Assembly (NCBI RefSeq): GCF_008000775.2
Contig: NZ_CP042905.2
Coordinates: 1,380,001-1,412,000, forward strand
DNA: 32,000 bases
Direction of reading: 5' to 3'
Source: Promethearchaeum syntrophicum
Lineage (GTDB): Archaea; Asgardarchaeota; Lokiarchaeia; Sigyniarchaeales; Promethearchaeaceae
Under the pieces are notes generated by a model. That model made no database searches. It was not told the origin of the DNA and saw only the letters and a program-made list of their open reading frames with translations. Numbering within the stretch: position 1 is the stretch's first letter; each line of letters opens with the position of its first letter. Both the position numbers and the translations under genes were made by a program. Positions 1-10,202 of the stretch are shown here, one piece after another.

Positions 1-804
1 TACATCTCCCATTGAATAATATGTGGACATATCTTCCTCTTTAACTAAACCAACAAAATTAACATCAGGATTTTCTTTTTTCCATTTCTCAACAGTATCT
101 TTCATTTTTAAAGTGGGTTTTCCTCCAATCACTAAATTCAATTTTGGAATTTCTTTTTTTGCATGATAATATGCTTCTATTATATGATCCACTCCTTTAT
201 AGAATGCAATTCTTCCCACATAATAAATAACCGGTCCTTCAATACCTAAATTCTGTTTCAATTCTTTTGCTCTTTTAGGTTGAGGTTTAAAACTTGGATC
301 ATAACCACAATAAACAGTATGGATCTTCTCCTTTGAACCACCCATGATTTCAATAATGCCCGTTTTTGTTATCTCTGAATTTGTAATTATTTGCTTCGCT
401 TTGTTTGCATTTCTACGCTCTAACCATTTTAAAATTGGAATCTTTGTAAAATCTGCTTCAAATGGTCCCATATCATGGATAAGAGTTATATACGGCTTTT
501 TAGTAAACATTACTGGAAGACTACCACGAGATCCATTCCCTTGTATAATATCAAAATCGTGTGTTTTTATATATTTCCGAAATTTAAAATAGAATTTTGG
601 AACCCATAAAATTCTTCGCTTCGGAACATCAACCGTAATAATATTTTTATCATTAAATCCATCTCCCCATTTTGCAGTTAGCATCGTTAGGTCATGACCA
701 CGGGATTTTAATGCATCGTATAGACCACGAATGTAATTTGCAGAACCATCTTTATGATCAGGAAAAGCACCCGCAGAAATAATACAAATTTTCAATTTCC
801 GCAT
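1..804 (-). CDS. GT4-like glycosyltransferase, C-terminus truncated by the window edge
   Basis: Missing from the ORF track. Reverse-strand reading from ATG at 804 is open to position 1: MRKLKICIISAGAFPDHKDGSANYIRGLYDALKSRGHDLTMLTAKW...KKPYITLIHDMGPFEADFTKIPILKWLERRNANKAKQIITNSEITKTGIIEIMGGSKEKIHTVYCGYDPSFKPQPKRAKELKQNLGIEGPVIYYVGRIAFYKGVDHIIEAYYHAKKEIPKLNLVIGGKPT...FVGLVKEEDMSTYYSMGDV. This is a typical GT-B fold GT4 pattern. Confidence 0.88.
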   Translation of the reverse strand, partial: MRKLKICIISAGAFPDHKDGSANYIRGLYDALKSRGHDLTMLTAKWGDGFNDKNIITVDVPKRRILWVPKFYFKFRKYIKTHDFDIIQGNGSRGSLPVMFTKKPYITLIHDMGPFEADFTKIPILKWLERRNANKAKQIITNSEITKTGIIEIMGGSKEKIHTVYCGYDPSFKPQPKRAKELKQNLGIEGPVIYYVGRIAFYKGVDHIIEAYYHAKKEIPKLNLVIGGKPTLKMKDTVEKWKKENPDVNFVGLVKEEDMSTYYSMGDV

Positions 805-908
805 ACATTAATGAATGATATGATGTTTATTTTGTTTACGTATAGAATCAAGATTTTTTTTTTTTGACCTCAATCTTTATTATTATTACAAAATTGATTA
901 TAACCACG

Positions 909-1925
909 ATGAAAATTGTTCCGGTAATTCTCGCTGGTGGCAAAGGAGAACGTTTTTGGCCACTTTCAACTCCCGAAAATCCTAAACAATGTTTACCCAT
1001 TGTTTCTGATCAACCCATGATCGTTGATACCTATAATCGATTGAAAGATTTCGATGATTTCTTCATCGTGGCAAATTCATTTTTATGTGATAAATTCAGA
1101 AAATTACTTCCCGAAAATGTAAACTATATTGAAGAACCAATTGCTCGGAACACGGCTCCTGCTATTGGATTAGCTTGTATAACCCTTTTACAAAAATATG
1201 GGGATTGCATTGTATTCTTTGAAACCGCAGATCATTATTATGAAGATATTTCGCATTACATTAAGGATATAAAAAATGCCTGCACTTTTGCTTCTAACCA
1301 CGATAAGATTGTTCTAATTGGAATAACACCCAAAAATCCACACACAGGTTATGGATACATAAAAAGCGGTTCCAATGTAGAAAATGACCTTTTTTTGGTT
1401 GATAGTTTTAAGGAAAAACCGGATTTACCTACTGCACAGAAATATGTAAAAGATGGTAAATATTCCTGGAATTCAGGCATGTTTATTGGAAAAAGCTCAG
1501 TTATATTACACGAAATAGAAAAATCATTACCGTCCTTATTTTCTGGTCTTCAAAATATAAAAGAAGGTGATTTCTCTAAAGAAATATTACATGATGAATT
1601 CAGTAAGTTTGAGAAGATTTCAATTGATTATGGCGTATTAGAAAGATCGAATGAAACAGTTGTGCTACAATCTACAATGCCATGGGATGATATTGGAGAT
1701 TTTAATGCTGTCTCGCGAATATTGAAACCTGATTCTGAAGGAAATTTCTCAAAAAATCCTATTCATTCACTGGATGCCCATGGAAATATCATAATCTCTA
1801 AAAAATTAGTTGCTTTAATTGATGTGGAGGAATTAATAATTGTAGATACTAAAGATGCCTTGTTAATTTGTAAAAGATCTGAGAGTCAAAAAATTAGAGA
1901 TATAATTAGGAAGTATAATAATTAA
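909..1925 (+). CDS. manC: Mannose-1-phosphate guanylyltransferase (ManC-type, without a C-terminal isomerase domain)
   Basis: MKIVPVILAGGKGERFWPLSTPENPKQCLP nucleotidyltransferase signature, then EEPIARNTAPAIGLA and YSWNSGMF. The track starts at 864 on a TTG inside/after a T-tract; ATG at 909 is more plausible. Confidence 0.9.
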   Translation: MKIVPVILAGGKGERFWPLSTPENPKQCLPIVSDQPMIVDTYNRLKDFDDFFIVANSFLCDKFRKLLPENVNYIEEPIARNTAPAIGLACITLLQKYGDCIVFFETADHYYEDISHYIKDIKNACTFASNHDKIVLIGITPKNPHTGYGYIKSGSNVENDLFLVDSFKEKPDLPTAQKYVKDGKYSWNSGMFIGKSSVILHEIEKSLPSLFSGLQNIKEGDFSKEILHDEFSKFEKISIDYGVLERSNETVVLQSTMPWDDIGDFNAVSRILKPDSEGNFSKNPIHSLDAHGNIIISKKLVALIDVEELIIVDTKDALLICKRSESQKIRDIIRKYNN

Positions 1926-2067
1926 TTCACAAATCAATATTGAAAATACCACCCAAAGATCTTTCCCCTTAATTTGAGAAATAGTCTAAATATTGGTATT
2001 TTTCTTCTTTTTCCATATTTTTACCGATTTTATTCCTACGGAATTAAAAAAATTGACTAGATATATA

Positions 2068-2622
2068 TTATCCAAAGGGATTCTTATATTCCTTTAAGAA
2101 ATCCTCTAAAAATGGCATAATTTTGTCTCTATTTGATAAAATTGGATTTTTAATTTTCCAATTAACTCCAATATCTGGATCATTCCACCGAATTCCACTC
2201 TCTAATTTTGGATCATAATAAGAAGATACTTTATATTCGATTTCTGCAAAATCTGAAAGCACAGAAAATCCGTGGGCGAACCCGACCGGAATTAGAATCT
2301 GTTTGAAATTTTCTTCAGTTAACTCTATTCCAAACCATTTCTTAAAATTTGGTGAATTTTCTCTAATGTCTACCACGATATCCCAAATCTGTCCCTTTGT
2401 GCATCTAACTAGCTTCACTTGCCCCGGAAAAATTTGAAAATGCAATCCGCGAATTGTGTTTTTTCTTGATTTTGAATGATTATCTTGTATAAAATTCCAT
2501 GAAAAACCCACATCCTTATATTTTTTAATCGAATATGATTCAAGGAAAAAGCCACGTTCATCTTTGAACACATCAGGCTCAATTATCCATACTTCTGGAA
2601 ATATGGTGGGGATTTTCTTCAT
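2068..2622 (-). CDS. rmlC: dTDP-4-dehydrorhamnose 3,5-epimerase
   Basis: VWIIEPDVFKDERGFFLESY, FIQDNHSKSRKNTIRGLHFQ, GQVKLVRCTKGQIWDIVVDIR, IPVGFAHGFSVLSD: canonical RmlC motifs. Confidence 0.95.
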   Translation of the reverse strand: MKKIPTIFPEVWIIEPDVFKDERGFFLESYSIKKYKDVGFSWNFIQDNHSKSRKNTIRGLHFQIFPGQVKLVRCTKGQIWDIVVDIRENSPNFKKWFGIELTEENFKQILIPVGFAHGFSVLSDFAEIEYKVSSYYDPKLESGIRWNDPDIGVNWKIKNPILSNRDKIMPFLEDFLKEYKNPFG

Positions 2623-2642
2623 CGGTTTTATTCATCTCAATT

Positions 2643-3383
2643 TTATTGTTTCTGATTTTTAGATTTAATAAAATTACTTGATTTTAGTAAAGTTTCGAAT
2701 TTTCCCGCATCTGACCAGAACCCTTTAAGAAATACTGCTTTAACTTTTCCATCTTTTACATAAAGGTTATTAACGTCGGTAATTTCTAATTCTCCCCGGT
2801 TAGAATACCCGATTTTATCAATGACATTCTGAATCCTATCAAAAATATCCTTTCGATAAAAATATAAGCCCGTTACGCAATAATTACTCTTTGGTTTTTC
2901 AGGTTTTTCTACTATTGATAAAATTTTACCTTTATCCCCTACTTCTGCTACACCAAATCGTTTGGGATCGGGGACTTCCTTTAAAAACAGATAGCAATCA
3001 TTGCTTTTATCCAACTTAAATTCCTCCAGTTCCCTTTTAAATGCATCTTCAAAAATATTATCCCCCAAAATAACGGCAACATCATCTCCTTTTACAACTG
3101 GTGCGGTTAAACTGAGTGCTTGGGCAATACCTCCAGCTCCTTTTTGATAAACATACATTAACTTTACTCCAAACTCGGAACCATCTCCCAACAATCGCAC
3201 AAAATCTCCGACACTTTCACCTCCTAACACAATCACAATTTCCTTGATTCCCGAATTTTTTAAAGTTTTTAATACTTTGAAAATCATCGGCTCATCATAA
3301 ACTGGTAATAAATGTTTATTGGTTACCTTCGTTAAGGGAAGCATTCTGGAACCCGTCCCCCCCGCTAATATTACGCCTTTCAT
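2643..3383 (-). CDS. rmlA: Glucose-1-phosphate thymidylyltransferase (short RmlA-like, 246 aa)
   Basis: MKGVILAGGTGSRMLPLTKVTNKHLLPVYDEPMI, ILGDNIFED, IVEKPEKPKSNYCVTGLYFY, WSDAGKFETLL; adjacent to rmlC/D/B. Confidence 0.92.
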   Translation of the reverse strand: MKGVILAGGTGSRMLPLTKVTNKHLLPVYDEPMIFKVLKTLKNSGIKEIVIVLGGESVGDFVRLLGDGSEFGVKLMYVYQKGAGGIAQALSLTAPVVKGDDVAVILGDNIFEDAFKRELEEFKLDKSNDCYLFLKEVPDPKRFGVAEVGDKGKILSIVEKPEKPKSNYCVTGLYFYRKDIFDRIQNVIDKIGYSNRGELEITDVNNLYVKDGKVKAVFLKGFWSDAGKFETLLKSSNFIKSKNQKQ

Positions 3384-3464
3384 AATTAGTCACTTTTTGA
3401 ATTTCTTCATTTTTTAAAAGAATTTTATTATCTATAACATTTTAGATTTCGATATTTTAATGGT

Positions 3465-4355
3465 TCATTTACTATTTTTGTTTTGTGATTTTAAGTATTG
3501 AAAGCTTTTATTAATATTTTTAAATTTCCAATTTCCAATTTGTTGAATCTTAGCGGTATTTAATGAAGAATTATTGGGCCGTTTCGCTTTTTGAGGGAGA
3601 AAATCTATTTCTTTTAGTAAGTTCTGATCAAAATTAAAAGTGCGAATTAGTTTTAAGATGAAATTATATCGAGAAATCGCTTCAGTCCCACATGTATGGT
3701 AGATCTCACTACGAGTAAAACCTGAAATTTGATATAAAAATTCAACCAAATCATTCACAAGTGTTGGTGTGGTAATTTGCCCACTAATTATCTTTAGTTC
3801 CTTCTTTTTTGAAAGATTTTCGTAAGCCCATGAGAAGAAATTATGTCTTTGATCTGCTTCTGGCCAACCGAATAGGACGCTCGTTCTACAAATTACCACT
3901 GGAATTTTTTGTTTTAAGATATTATTCTCACCTTCAAGTTTAGTTTTTCCATAAACACTGATAGGTTTGGGTATATCTTTTTCAGTATAATCCCCTTGTT
4001 CGCCGTCAAAAATGAAATCGGTAGAAATGTGGATTAACCTACCTCCAATATCTTTTAATGCTTGGGCTACAAATAATGGACCATCTGAATTAATCTTTTT
4101 AGCCTTCTCTGAAAAATCCTCGCAAGCATCAACATTTGTCATGGCTGCTGTTAAAATGGTTAAATTCGGCTTGATTATATTAATTAAATCATTAACAACG
4201 TTTTTTTTTGATATATCAATATAACTTGGATGATATACTTCCGGTATCCCTGTTGTTATTAAATCAGCTCCATATACATCAAATTTATCATGGAAGCGAT
4301 AAAGTAATTTTCTACCTAGGAATCCATTTGCCCCGATAATTAACAATTTTTCCAA
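3465..4355 (-). CDS. rmlD: dTDP-4-dehydrorhamnose reductase
   Basis: IIGANGFLGRKLLYRF Rossmann motif, NMTNVDACE-like TAAMTNVDACEDF, HISTDFIFDGEQGDYTEKD, YGKTKLEGE. Confidence 0.92.
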   Translation of the reverse strand: MEKLLIIGANGFLGRKLLYRFHDKFDVYGADLITTGIPEVYHPSYIDISKKNVVNDLINIIKPNLTILTAAMTNVDACEDFSEKAKKINSDGPLFVAQALKDIGGRLIHISTDFIFDGEQGDYTEKDIPKPISVYGKTKLEGENNILKQKIPVVICRTSVLFGWPEADQRHNFFSWAYENLSKKKELKIISGQITTPTLVNDLVEFLYQISGFTRSEIYHTCGTEAISRYNFILKLIRTFNFDQNLLKEIDFLPQKAKRPNNSSLNTAKIQQIGNWKFKNINKSFQYLKSQNKNSK

Positions 4356-4392
4356 GTCAGTTCACTCTAAAGATTTAAATTGAATATTTCTA

Positions 4393-5406
4393 TTATGTGG
4401 CGCCATATTGATTCTTATAATAATCTAAATAAGCACCCGATGTAACATTATCCACCCATTCTTGATTTTCTAAATACCATTTTATTGTTTCTTTCATTCC
4501 GTGGTCAAATTCATATTTTGGCTTCCAGTTAAGTTCTCGAGTTGCTTTTGAAATATTCATTGCATATCGTAAATCATGTCCGGGGCGATCTCTCACAAAT
4601 GTAATTAAATCTTCGCCCTTTCTCAATTCTTTAAGCAAAAATTTCACCATATCAATGTTAGAAACCTCTGCATTTCCTCCAAAATTATAAATTTCTCCAA
4701 TTTCTCCTTTCAATATTGCATCATAAATCCCTTGGCAATGATCTAATACATGAATCCAATCACGAATATTCGATCCATCACCATAGACGGGAAGTGGTTT
4801 ATCTAATTGAATATTCCGAATCATTAAAGGGATTAATTTTTCAGGAAATTGATATGGCCCATAATTATTTGAACAACGCGTGATTATGACTGGTAGATGA
4901 TATGTATGATAATATGCTAAAACTAGCAAATCTGCAGATGTTTTACTTGAAGAATAGGGACTTCTGGGCCTTAGTGGATTGTCCTCTGTGAATTCTGGAT
5001 CTGTAAAGGAGAGAGAACCGTATACTTCATCAGTTGAAACTTGAAGGTATCGTTCTATCTTGTTCTTCTTTGCTGCATTAAGTAATGTTAGTGTTCCTTT
5101 AATATTTGTTTCAATAAAAATATCTGGATTGGAAATCGAACGATCTACATGTGATTCGGCGGCAAAATTGATTATGTGTGTGATTTTGAATTTTTTTAAG
5201 ATAAAATCAACCAATTCAAAATTGCATATATTTCCTGCAATAAAGTGGTAACGTGGGTTATTTTCGATATCTTTCAAATTTTCATGGTTTCCAGCATATG
5301 TCATGGAATCTAGATTAAATATGTCTGCATTTGTGTCTTCTTTTAGTAAAAATTTAATAAAATTACTACCAATAAACCCTAAACCACCTGTTATTAAAAA
5401 ATTCAT
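4393..5406 (-). CDS. rmlB: dTDP-glucose 4,6-dehydratase
   Basis: MNFLITGGLGFIGSNFIKF, NFAAESHVDRSI, VSTDEVYGSL, PYSSSKTSADLLVLAY, TRCSNNYGPYQFPEKLIPL, YGDGSNIRDWIHVLDHC. Confidence 0.97.
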   Translation of the reverse strand: MNFLITGGLGFIGSNFIKFLLKEDTNADIFNLDSMTYAGNHENLKDIENNPRYHFIAGNICNFELVDFILKKFKITHIINFAAESHVDRSISNPDIFIETNIKGTLTLLNAAKKNKIERYLQVSTDEVYGSLSFTDPEFTEDNPLRPRSPYSSSKTSADLLVLAYYHTYHLPVIITRCSNNYGPYQFPEKLIPLMIRNIQLDKPLPVYGDGSNIRDWIHVLDHCQGIYDAILKGEIGEIYNFGGNAEVSNIDMVKFLLKELRKGEDLITFVRDRPGHDLRYAMNISKATRELNWKPKYEFDHGMKETIKWYLENQEWVDNVTSGAYLDYYKNQYGAT

Positions 5407-6002
5407 ATTAATCTAAGATATTCATCTTTAGAATTAATTATTTTTCTTGGATAATTGTAATTTATAAAAGATCAAAAAGTGAAAAAAATCAAGAATTCTT
5501 CATAGATTTTAATGAAATATTTAACCAAAAAAGTGTAAATTACTTATTGCATTCAATTAAAATCAAGATATGAAAGATATAGGGGATTTTTTGATGAATT
5601 ACTTTTTTTTAAATAATTAGGTTCAAAGTAAAGAATAATCGACATTTATTTCCAAATTCTATGAATATTTTTGGAGATAATCTTGATATACTTTTTTTAT
5701 TTTTTCCACAATGTCAAATCTTAAAAATTTATAATATAATAATGAAAATTATAATTTTGTGGAAATTCTAAATAAATATCGAAAGATAATATGGGATAAA
5801 AGGAATCCTATGATAAATTGGAAGAATTAATGAATTAAAATTTAAATAAATATACCAAATAGGGGTATAAATAAACAATATCATCATTAGTTTTTTTATA
5901 GTAGAGATTATCTATTATTATTAACTCTGATATGTACTTAATGAAATTTATTATGAAATTGAGTTTAATTTAGATTAATATAATAGAAAAGTGGAGATAG
6001 GA

Positions 6003-7070
6003 ATGACAAAAATAGCACTTATCACAGGTATAACAGGACAAGATGGGTCATATCTTGCTGAATTCTTATTACAAAAAGAATATGAAGTGCATGGAATTAT
6101 TAGAAGAAGTTCTTCGTTTAATACTGGGAGAATTGAGCATCTATATATTAAAAAAGCAATAAGAAATATGAAATTGAAAAGAAAAATTGAACTACATTAT
6201 GGAGATATGACAGATTCAACAAATCTTATTCGTTTAATTAGAGAAATAAAACCTGATGAAATATATAACTTAGCTGCTCAATCTCATGTAAAAGTATCAT
6301 TTGAAGTTCCAGAATATACAGCTGATACAGATGGTATAGGAGTGCTAAGATTAATTGAAGCTGTAAGATTTTTAGGATATGAGAAGAAAACTAAAATTTA
6401 TCAAGCTTCCACTTCAGAATTATTTGGGAAGGTTCAAGAAGTCCCTCAAAGAGAAACTACTCCATTTTACCCTAGAAGTCCATATGCTGTTGCAAAACTT
6501 TATGCATATTGGATAGTAAAAAATTATAGAGAAGCTTATAACATGTTTGCAGTGAATGGAATATTATTTAATCACGAATCAGAAAGACGAGGAGAAACAT
6601 TCGTAACTAGAAAAATAACTTTAGCTGCTTCAAGAATTGCTCAAGGTAAACAGGAAAAATTATATCTCGGTAATATGGATGCTAGAAGAGATTGGGGACA
6701 TGCTAAAGATTACGTAGAATGTATGTGGCTGATGTTACAACACAAAAAACCAGAAGATTTTATAATTGCTACAGGGGAAATGCATACGGTTAGAGAGTTT
6801 TGCACACTAGCTTTTAAAGAAGCAGGCATTGAACTTAGATGGGAAGGCGTTGGAATTGAAGAAAAAGGTATTGACAAAAATACAGAGAAATTGTTGGTAG
6901 AAGTTGATCCGAAATACTTTAGGCCAACAGAAGTTGATCAGTTACAAGGAGATCCAAGTAAAGCGAAAAAGGTTTTGGGATGGAATCCTATGGCGACATC
7001 GTTTGAACTTTTGGTAAAATTAATGGTTAAATCAGATATGGAATTAGTTATGAAAGAGAATAAGTATTAA
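6003..7070 (+). CDS. gmd: GDP-mannose 4,6-dehydratase
   Basis: [97 protein letters not shown] at 6003 is preferred over the GTG at 5991 because GGAG/TAGG lies just upstream. Confidence 0.96.
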   Translation: MTKIALITGITGQDGSYLAEFLLQKEYEVHGIIRRSSSFNTGRIEHLYIKKAIRNMKLKRKIELHYGDMTDSTNLIRLIREIKPDEIYNLAAQSHVKVSFEVPEYTADTDGIGVLRLIEAVRFLGYEKKTKIYQASTSELFGKVQEVPQRETTPFYPRSPYAVAKLYAYWIVKNYREAYNMFAVNGILFNHESERRGETFVTRKITLAASRIAQGKQEKLYLGNMDARRDWGHAKDYVECMWLMLQHKKPEDFIIATGEMHTVREFCTLAFKEAGIELRWEGVGIEEKGIDKNTEKLLVEVDPKYFRPTEVDQLQGDPSKAKKVLGWNPMATSFELLVKLMVKSDMELVMKENKY

Positions 7071-7098
7071 TAAAATTTAATATTTATATAGAAAAAGG

Positions 7099-7215
7099 TG
7101 CTAAGAACTGTGTATCAGGCGACAATGGTTCTATAGGACTTGCATTAGTAAGAAATTTAAAAGAAAAAGCTTTTTTGGTTAATTTTATTAGTTCAAAATT
7201 CACTAAAGAACCATT
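7099..7215 (+). pseudogene. Short remnant resembling the N-terminus of an SDR/NAD-dependent epimerase
   Basis: Reading around 7119 gives VSGDNGSIGLALVRNLKEKAFLVNF, similar to the (V)TGxxGxIGxxLVRxLxExG pattern. It is preceded in another frame by KVLRT (7096-7110) and has no full-length continuation. Confidence 0.4.
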
Positions 7216-7530
7216 ACATTTTTTCCCTATAATTTATTACCATAAAAATATTCAAAAACCAATTATATCACGAAAATTCATCACATCAACCCATATCAAT
7301 AAGTTTGTAAAATTTTTCCAATTCAATTCATAAATAAGATTAGAAAATTGAAAGAAAAATGAAAATAGAGACAATATTTTTAATTTAAATCCTTCTTCAA
7401 AAAAAAAGAAATATAAAAATTTAAATATTTTCACCTTATTTTTTTATTCTTTTCATTTTTTAGCATATTCTCGAAACAAAATTCTATTTATACCTTGTTC
7501 TCAATTAAATTTTTAATTTATTATGGTATT

Positions 7531-7737
7531 TCTTTACTTCTAATTTTTATTTATGCCATTTTATAGCAACAAATTATTAAAAAATTTGATTTAACTTCCG
7601 CTAATTCATAAAAAAGAATAGTAATATTCTGGACATTTCTCTGGGCGGTTCTATTTTTCGAAGAAATTATTTCATTATCAAATATTATTAGAGAAATTTT
7701 ATTTATAGGTGGAATAATTATTTTTGGGAGAGAATAA
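7531..7737 (+). pseudogene. Decayed small EmrE/ArnE-like transporter gene (first member of a tandem pair)
   Basis: One frame reads SLLLIFIYAIL*QQIIKKFDLTSANS*KRIVIFWTFLWAVLFFEEIISLSNIIREILFIGGIIIFGRE*, with in-frame stops at 7564-7566 (TAG) and 7609-7611 (TAA). Its natural stop TAA (7735-7737) overlaps the ATG of the next gene at 7737, as expected for a co-translated pair. Confidence 0.72.
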
Positions 7738-8081
7738 TGATATTTTATTATATACTATTTACATTTTCTGTTTTTTTAGCTTCAATTGCTCAAATCCTTT
7801 TAAAAATCAGTGCCAATAAGAAATATTTGTCAAAAAAGGATGAATATATTTATCATTATGTTATTTTTTCATTTGGAATTTTCTTACTTACCACCTTTTT
7901 AACAATTTTTTCTTTTAATGGAGGGGTTCCCTTAAAATATGCCCCAATTATTGAATCGTCTCAATTTATTTTTGTTTTAATATTAGGAAAAATATTTCTA
8001 AAAGAGAAGTTATCAAAGATTAAAATTTTTGGAACTCTCCTAATTTTAATAGGTATTCTGGTATTCTGCCTAGATTTTTAA
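7737..8081 (+). CDS. Small four-TM transporter of the SMR/EamA superfamily (ArnF-like, second member of a pair)
   Basis: 114 aa, ASIAQILLKISA near the N-terminus, GGVPLKYAPIIESSQFIFVLILGKIFLKEKLSKIKIFGTLLILIGILV at the C-terminus: typical small flippase/transporter repeat. Confidence 0.78.
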   Translation: MIFYYILFTFSVFLASIAQILLKISANKKYLSKKDEYIYHYVIFSFGIFLLTTFLTIFSFNGGVPLKYAPIIESSQFIFVLILGKIFLKEKLSKIKIFGTLLILIGILVFCLDF

Positions 8082-8272
8082 ATATTATTAGTTCATTGTG
8101 TTTAATTATTAGTTTTTTAATTTTCGATAAAACTATTGAATTATTTTATTCATATATTCAAAATTTTGGCAAAATGTTTAATTCTATCAAGTTTTAACAT
8201 ATTTCATTAATTTCAAGAAAATGATTATTAACCAACAATGCAAACCTATTACAAGAAAAATCTGGGGATAAA

Positions 8273-10039
8273 ATGTCAAAGAATGAAAATTTTTTATTTA
8301 TTATTAAGAAGCTATTACCTGTATTGATCCTTTTATTTTATATCTTACCATATTTCATTTTAGCAAGAGATGGAAATATTTTAATTCATGATAATTTAGA
8401 TTCAAATGTTATTTGGTTCAAAATTTTAGCTGAAAGTGGGTCATTATTTTCGAATTCAAAAATAATAATTCCTAATATGATGAACGGATTACCAAGATCA
8501 TGTTTTGGTTCAGAATTTAATGTAATTCTATGGTTATATCTTATTTTGGACCCTTACTGGGCTTATGCAATAAATTTAACATTAATGCATATTATTGCTT
8601 ATATTGGAATGTATTTACTATTAAAGACTCATTTTATTCATAATAACAAAAAGAAATTAATTAGTATTGGAGTAGCTTTATGTTTTTCAATCATTCCTTT
8701 TTGGCCTTCAGGAGGGTTGAGTGTAGCTGGTTTGCCTTTAGCTCTATACTCTTTTTTAAATATTAGAAATAATAATTTTTCAAAAAAAGATTTGATAATA
8801 ATTACAATTCTTCCATTTTATTCATCAATTGTTTTATCCTTTGTTTTTTTTTTATTTTGTTTAGGAGTTATTTGGTTATGTGATTCATTCAAATCAAAAA
8901 AAATTAATTGGAAATTTTTCAGTGCAATCTTATTAATGCTATTAATATATCTCATCGTTGAATATAGATTAGTATATAGTTTGCTTTTTGATACTGGATT
9001 TATATCGCATCGAAATGAAATGATTTCCCCAAATTTTTCTATTAAGGACTCAGTTTTATTAGCTAAAGATAATTTTATCTATGGCCAATATCATGCTGCC
9101 AGTTTACATCATTTAATTATTCTTTATTCTGTTATTTTTTCTTTTATTTTGATTTTATATAGAAATTTTAAAATAATTTATCAAAAAGGTTCATGGAATA
9201 TTAAATGTTTATTAAAATCTGAAATTTATTTAATCTCGATTGTTATTCTTATTGGAATTATTTCAATTTGGTATGGTTTCTGGTCATCTTGGATATGGGA
9301 ATCTTTAAAAAGTAGATTTACCATTTTAAATAACTTTAATTTTTCAAGATTTCATTTCTTACATCCATTATTGTGGTATATTTCGTTTGCTATAGCCATA
9401 GATATTATTTATATTCATTTTAATTTTAAAGAAATAAAAAAGAATATACCAATGAAGAGTATTTTAATTTCTCTTATTATTTTATCTCAAATATTCTTCC
9501 TATTTTTTAATAATATTGCAATAAATCAAGATTTAGTTGACCCTGCAGGAAATAAAAATTCTTACAACGATTTTTATTCAATTGAATTATTTCAAGAAAT
9601 TTCTGAAGATATTGGTTTTCCCCAAAAGGATTATCGCATTGTTAGCATTGGATTGTATCCATCTATTGCTCAATTTAATGGTTTTTATACACTAGATGGT
9701 TATATGGCTAATTATCCCTTAGAATATAAGCACGAGTTCCGATATATTATTGAACCTGAATTAAATAAAAATGAAGAATTGAAAAATTATTTTGATAATT
9801 GGGGAAGTCGTTGCTATATATTTGTTGATGAATTGGGAAGAAATTATATGTATACCAAAGATATGGATAAAACTGTTCAAAATCTTAATCTTAATTTCAC
9901 TGCATTAAAAAATCTAGGAGGTAAATTCATTTTTTCAGCGGTTGAAATCCTAAATGAAAATGATATTGATATCAATTTGCTGAAAATATATGAAAATGAA
10001 TTTTCTATTTGGAGAATTTTCTTATATGAAGTGATTTAA
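8273..10039 (+). CDS. Large polytopic membrane protein, YfhO/DUF6044-like, candidate GT-C-type glycosyltransferase
   Basis: 588 aa with many TM segments. N-terminal LARDGNILIHDNLDSNVIWFKILAESG is an acidic motif after the first TM, followed by NGLPRSCFGSEFNVILWLY. Confidence 0.6.
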   Translation: MSKNENFLFIIKKLLPVLILLFYILPYFILARDGNILIHDNLDSNVIWFKILAESGSLFSNSKIIIPNMMNGLPRSCFGSEFNVILWLYLILDPYWAYAINLTLMHIIAYIGMYLLLKTHFIHNNKKKLISIGVALCFSIIPFWPSGGLSVAGLPLALYSFLNIRNNNFSKKDLIIITILPFYSSIVLSFVFFLFCLGVIWLCDSFKSKKINWKFFSAILLMLLIYLIVEYRLVYSLLFDTGFISHRNEMISPNFSIKDSVLLAKDNFIYGQYHAASLHHLIILYSVIFSFILILYRNFKIIYQKGSWNIKCLLKSEIYLISIVILIGIISIWYGFWSSWIWESLKSRFTILNNFNFSRFHFLHPLLWYISFAIAIDIIYIHFNFKEIKKNIPMKSILISLIILSQIFFLFFNNIAINQDLVDPAGNKNSYNDFYSIELFQEISEDIGFPQKDYRIVSIGLYPSIAQFNGFYTLDGYMANYPLEYKHEFRYIIEPELNKNEELKNYFDNWGSRCYIFVDELGRNYMYTKDMDKTVQNLNLNFTALKNLGGKFIFSAVEILNENDIDINLLKIYENEFSIWRIFLYEVI

Positions 10040-10202
10040 AGTACTAAAATTTCATTCATAATTAAAGCATTTGCACCTATGATTGCTCCAGTTTCTATAT
10101 TCCCAAGTAAAAATCAGATCAATTATTGAATTCTATTTATCCTTTGCTATATATAGAGGGGGTTTATCTATGCAATAAACTGAAGAGCAAATTATATATA
10201 AT

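Noticed and set aside
344-592. Plus-strand 82-aa ORF
   Set aside because: Lies antisense inside the GT4 gene (1-804, minus), which reads as a convincing protein; shadow ORF.
854-865. 12-nt T run between GT4 and manC
   Set aside because: Could be part of a promoter/terminator region but the genes on both sides diverge from here and the whole window is rich in such tracts; no specific function can be claimed.
1943-2002. Short inverted repeat AAAATACCA...TGGTATTTT in the manC/rmlC convergent gap
   Set aside because: 9-bp arms with about 42-nt loop in AT-rich DNA; too weak to call a terminator or structured RNA.
4012-4224. Plus-strand 70-aa ORF
   Set aside because: Antisense shadow of rmlD with no recognisable motif.
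5060-5251. Plus-strand 63-aa ORF
   Set aside because: Antisense shadow of rmlB.
5407-5990. Long intergenic gap between rmlB and gmd inspected for hidden genes, repeats, or RNA
   Set aside because: Only AT-rich sequence with many stops in all frames; it is a divergent promoter region and no specific element could be supported.
7252-7434. Minus-strand 60-aa ORF rich in F/L/K
   Set aside because: Low-complexity AT-rich reading in a decayed intergenic region; no recognisable family.
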